Assembly: GCA_051942205.1 (NCBI GenBank)
Contig: JAVECO010000019.1
Location: 1 to 64,000 of the forward strand
Length of the DNA stretch: 64,000 bases
DNA from: Coniocarpon cinnabarinum
Lineage: Eukaryota
Direction: 5' to 3'
The translations under genes were made by a program, and so were the position numbers. The notes beneath the pieces were generated by a model. The model did no database searches and was not told the DNA's origin. It worked only from the letters and a program-made list of their open reading frames with translations. Shown in pieces: positions 59,134 to 64,000 of the stretch (positions are counted from its first letter, which is position 1; each line of letters begins with the position of its first letter).

Positions 59134-61447
59134 ATGCCTCGTCTCCATAGCTTCACGTATCTTCTCCTGAGCCTGACCAGCGTCACAGCCCAACCCTCCT
59201 GTCCAGCTCTCGATGCGAGAGCTTCACTGACGAATGAAAGCGCATTTGACTATGTGATTGTCGGCGGCGGCACATCTGGCCTTGTATTAGCCAACCGACT
59301 TTCAGCAGATCCGAGCGTTTCAGTGGCGGTCATTGAGGCAGGCTCGTCGCAGCGTGACAACCCTAACGTGACTTCATTGGGCTCGTATGGTCGTGCGCTC
59401 GGTACTGAGGTCGATTGGACGTATACTAGTGCGCCGCAGGTGTTTGCGAACAACAAGCCACAGACGTATGATGCTGGCAAAGGCCTAGGTCAGTCTACAG
59501 CCTGTCGGCTTACTTTAATGACTTCTGCCTGGAGCGTATGCGACGACAACCAGTAGCGTTTGTTGTATGGAGATATAGAGAAAAGTTGTTGCAGAGCTGC
59601 TTGAAAGCCAAGCGCTAACAGAGCGGTGATAGGTGGTACTTCACTCATCAACGGTGAAACATAGTACGCTACTCACCATAAGGACCACTTCTCACACAAT
59701 CCACCTGCTAACACACAGCGCAGCATCCGCGCAGCCACAGCTCAAATAGACACATGGGAAACCCGTTTCGGTAACCAAGGCTGGAACTGGGCCAACCTCT
59801 TCCCATACTATTTGAAAAGCGAGACCTTCCAGATTCCAGACGCCAACCAAACCCAGGCCGGCTGCAACTTCACCGCTTCTGTCCATGGAGAAAGTGGACC
59901 GGTTGAAGTCGGCTGGTTCAATGACATAGCGCCACGATCGACGTATCTGGAGGTTCGAGCTGCGTGGGAGGATGCTGGTTTCACGTGGATACCGGATCCG
60001 AATACGGGGAATGCGAGTGGTGCGTCGAACTGGCCCTTGACTGTTAGTCGGGCGCAGAATATTCGGTGGGATGCAGCGAATGCGTATCTATACTCGGGTG
60101 ATGTTATGAGTCAGAGATCCAACTTGCAAGGTGTGTTACTATTCCCGGTGGACTCGTGCTCAGCAGAAGACTTCAGTCGAGGGTAATGCATCTGACCCGC
60201 GAAGATTGAAATCAGCCCCGCTACTGAACTGGCGTTTCGATCTGCTGATTCCCGTATCTCCAGTCTTTGAGAACACCACAGCACAGAGAATACTGTGGAC
60301 CGACGAGCAAGACGACAAAGCACAAGCATCTGGTGTCGAAGTCATTGACCAAGCTGGAGACATCCAGGTCGTCTCCGTTAACAAAGAGGTCATATTAAGT
60401 GCCGGCTCCCTCAAATCACCGGTCCTGCTCGAAGCCTCCGGCGTAGGAAACCGAGACGTACTCAACGCCAATGGCATCCCAGTCAAGGTGGACTTACCAT
60501 CTGTTGGGTTCAATCTGCAGGATCAAGTGAGTTATCTTCTTTCCCAGGGACTTCGTCGAGCAAATATCAGAGATGGATGTCATAGCTGGTGTGTGGGTGT
60601 ACTCCACTCTGCGTCGAGCTCTTACAAGGCCATGAAATACTCATCCAATAGTGAGCCCTCTTCATGCATACACGCTAACACTTCACAGCCCAACGTCCCC
60701 CTCGTCGCCTCAGCACCCCAAAATTTCACCGGCTACCCCACCTACGTAACCCACGCCACAGCCAACGATCTCTTCGGAAATCAAGCCCCTCAAATCTATT
60801 CCCACCTCCTCGCCCAACTGCCCTCCTACGCGCAAACCATAACCTCCCGCGCCGCCGCCAACGTCACGACCCCTGAAATCCAACAACAACTCCTCAAAAT
60901 CCAGTTGGACCTCATGTTCGTCGATTTCATTCCAATGGCCGAACTTCTGACAGCGCCGTCTGGTTCTAATCTCGTGATTGCGTTTTGGACCCTTCTCCCC
61001 CTTTCGCGCGGGAGCGTCCATATTAACAAGTCTATATCTAACGATCCAATCATTGATCCCCATTTCTTCATGTTAGATTCGGACAACCTCTTCCAAGCCG
61101 CGACCGCGCGTCTCGGCCGGTCCTTCTTCTCCGCCGCTCAAACCTCAGGATTCGCCGGTTCAGAAATCAGCCCCGGTCTCGCTAACGTCTCAAGCGACGC
61201 AACGGATGAACAGTGGAAAGACTACTTCATCAATCATTACGGCCCGAATTCTCATCCTGTCGGCACAGCGGCGATGATGCGTCAGGACCTGGGCGGGGTT
61301 GTTGATGCGAATCTCACAGTCTATGGCGTCAGTAATGTGAGGGTGGTGGATGCGAGTATTCTTCCGGCGCAGGTGGATGGACATTTGACGTCGACGCTTT
61401 ACGCGGTTGCGGAACGAGCTGCTGATATTATTTTGGGGAGGATCTGA
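59134..61447 (+). CDS. Secreted GMC oxidoreductase (glucose oxidase/dehydrogenase-like, AA3), multi-exon
   Basis: Signal-peptide-like N-terminus, FDYVIVGGGTSG, short exon GGTSLINGETY (~59632-59662), SPVLLEASGVG, HPVGTAAM and VVDASILP..GHLTSTLYAVAE. Confidence 0.92.
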
Positions 61448-61723
61448 GGGATTCACGGGGAATTATGGGAGTGCAAGATTGGTGGTGATTGCATATGGGG
61501 TGTGAAGAGGGTACGCAGAAGGTACGCAGAAGGGAGGAAAGCATTGCAGTCTCGTGGAGCGTGACTGTTTCTCGAGTCGCGACTTCATTGCGTCAGCGTA
61601 GTGAAAGCCGCCAAGTCATGCAGAGCGCAATGCAGGTCAGCCGCATGTAGAAACTTTGTACTCTGTAGCCCTGAGAGTTCTGATTCAACGCTTGTTGTGT
61701 GTCTCACCCTTACTTCTAGCAAG

Positions 61724-64000
61724 CTAGCTAGTCCAGTAGCGCTCACTTCGCGACTGCCGTGTTGCTCCCACCGCCCCCATCTTTCACCCCAATCAACCCC
61801 TTCAAACTCCCCAAACTCAACGCCAAACCTTGAGATCGTGATCGAATCCGAACAAAGCCCGTGACTTGCCCACCTGGTGTTTCCTGTTCGACAGACAAAT
61901 TCGCGAGTGCATCCTCACCTGTGATGCAGTATATCAGCCACGTACTATCGGGGAGGAAAAAAAATAATGACAGTGGAGGGAAGAGAACTCACCGAATACA
62001 GATCTCGCGTAGAGGTTTGCAGAGAGAAACTGACACTCGCCTTTCATGGATGCAGCGGGTGTGAGACAGGCCATGTTTGTGGCGGATTGTAAGCGGGCGA
62101 GGAAGGTACGGAGATCGGGGGCTTTGGTGTTGATGTTGACTTTGTTTTCCCATTCGAATCTAAGACAATGCGTTAGCTGTGACTGAAACATACGCTATGA
62201 GATTGGTGAAGGCTCAGGCGGAAAGACAGGGCTACGCTGTGCATCAAGTCACTGCGCGGATGGAACAAGGATACATACTCAGTCCACATGCTCCGGAATT
62301 GTGTCTCTGTGCATTGCGCGGGTTGGATGTAGTCCATGATGTCGACATGGACGTCATTGAGAATGATGACGGCATGGTCGCCAGCGGAGGCACCGTCGTA
62401 GACGACATTGCCGAAGATGACCCCTGTGTCGGTGCTGGAGACTTTGATCGTTGACTGGACATTCTGTGGAGGAATCAGATGTCAGTGATGCTCTCAAGTT
62501 TTGGAAAAAAATGGATGGCAAGGGGTACAAGGCTCGTGATGTCCTAGTGATCATACCTGGAAATCATGTGGTGCAAGGTTCTGCGTCGTCGGTCTCTCGA
62601 CAACCTTCAGATCCCCTAGCGTAGCGAACTCGACACTCAGATTCTGCAGTGTACTCGTCGTCTGGTTCACGAGCAAAACATCCAACACAATGTCAAATTG
62701 ATGCACCTTGACGTATGCCTCAGCGTATACTGGATCGCTAAAGCCTGTCAATTGCACTACTCGACTGAGCTTGCTGCTCAAATCGACAGCACCAGCTTCA
62801 TCGATGACCCCGCCTAGATCGTCGACCAAGTCATCGGGTGTGCTGCGCTTCGTCAATTGTCGAATCGAAACAACATCGTCCACTTGTGTAGCTGTCTTGG
62901 CTCGTTCAGCTGCGTCTTTGGCGGCACGCTTCTTCTCTTCGGCGTTGACCATAGCACGGAAGGCTTTCCGAGTGTCGTCGAGGAAGACTGTCTCAAGCTC
63001 TTTCCTTGATGCGAACTCGGCGAGGGAGCGAACGCATGACATGATTCTGTCAACCGAGTCCTCGTCAATGGGTGCCTTGACAAACTGCGATTGCCCGACG
63101 CGCACAATTGAGATCATGATGAGCATTGCTTCTGCTCGCAGAGCGTTCGTTCGAGCTGCGTCTGTGCTGATCTCAGAGTGTCGCATGACTAATTTAGTCA
63201 AAGTAGATGACAGAACAGTAGCAAGATAGTAGTCGCCGTCGAGGATGAGCTGTCTCAATGGTGGTTTCTGTGCAGCTTTAACGGCTTCGAGCTTGGCGGA
63301 AGCTTGGGACGTCAGGGCGCTTTCGGAAGCGTAGGTACCATCTGCAAGCACCTTCCGTGACGAGGAGGGGACATTTGACGAAGTAGGCTTCGACTTGGGA
63401 GCGTCGCCGTTTACTTGGCCATTGGTCTCTGCAGTGTTGCTGAGATCATTTGGCGCACCTGTGTCAGGTTGATCATCCAGTAGTCGCTGCTCAGACGCCA
63501 ATATTGGGATCTCGCCCAAAGAGCGGCGGATTCGCTGCCACGCTGCCCTGATGTCTTCCGCTTCCAAAGAGTACTCGCCAACGATCCACAGAGCACCACG
63601 ATAAACCTTTCCAGCACGGACCTCCTGCAATGTTGAAACAAGACGCTCTACGATGGTGGGTCGGAGCTTGGGAAATTTCTCGACCACCTCCTTCACGAAA
63701 GAGATGACATCAACGGCAGAGGCAGAATTGAAGTCAGCGATGAAGTCCATCAAAAGGCCCACAACAGATGCAGCGATCTCGGAGAACTTGATGGCACATT
63801 GGTGGATAGAATGGACAAGAAGAGAGCGGTATTCGTTGTTCTTCTCATACTGCTCGTCGACGGTCTTGGCAAGCTCCTTCTTAAGCAGCATGACGAGCTC
63901 TTCAACATTCTTGGAAGAAACCATGTCGAGCGCGATGGTAAGAGATTTCCGTCGCACTTCAAGATCTGGGGACGTGAGCACTCGGAGGATCTCCATAGTC
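61724..64000 (-). CDS. SEC26: Coatomer subunit beta (3' part; gene continues beyond the window)
   Basis: [60 protein letters not shown] and [15 protein letters not shown]. Confidence 0.95.

Overview
Eukaryotic, intron-containing filamentous-ascomycete DNA (probably Dothideomycetes-like; the taxon is inferred). Bases 1-~6700 are an AT-rich block of nested Ty3/gypsy chromovirus retrotransposons destroyed by RIP (repeat-induced point mutation), with LTR termini, PPTs and RT/RNaseH/integrase/chromodomain remnants still readable. Conserved genes are DNA2, a flavohemoglobin, an ODC-type mitochondrial carrier, two GMC oxidoreductases, a Vps37-like protein, a U1-C-type zinc-finger protein, CUE5, ethanolamine kinase, a ClC channel, an aldo-keto reductase and the 3' part of coatomer beta. 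Between the carrier and the first GMC gene (~18.4-39.3 kb) lies an accessory island of nine co-oriented minus-strand orphan loci. They encode Ser/His/Arg/Asp-rich, mostly disordered proteins without signal peptides. By manual alignment they form tandem paralog families with shared intron positions and a shared ~40-aa helical motif, and one copy is pseudogenised by probable C-to-T nonsense changes. The island also holds a ~555-bp foldback element with strand-biased arm differences and two divergent F-box-like genes, one carrying repeated LC8-type TQT motifs. At 44.8-45.6 kb a small membrane protein carries an N-terminal HET-s-like amyloid motif, next to a possible decayed HET domain. All alignments were done by eye and no database searches were run.
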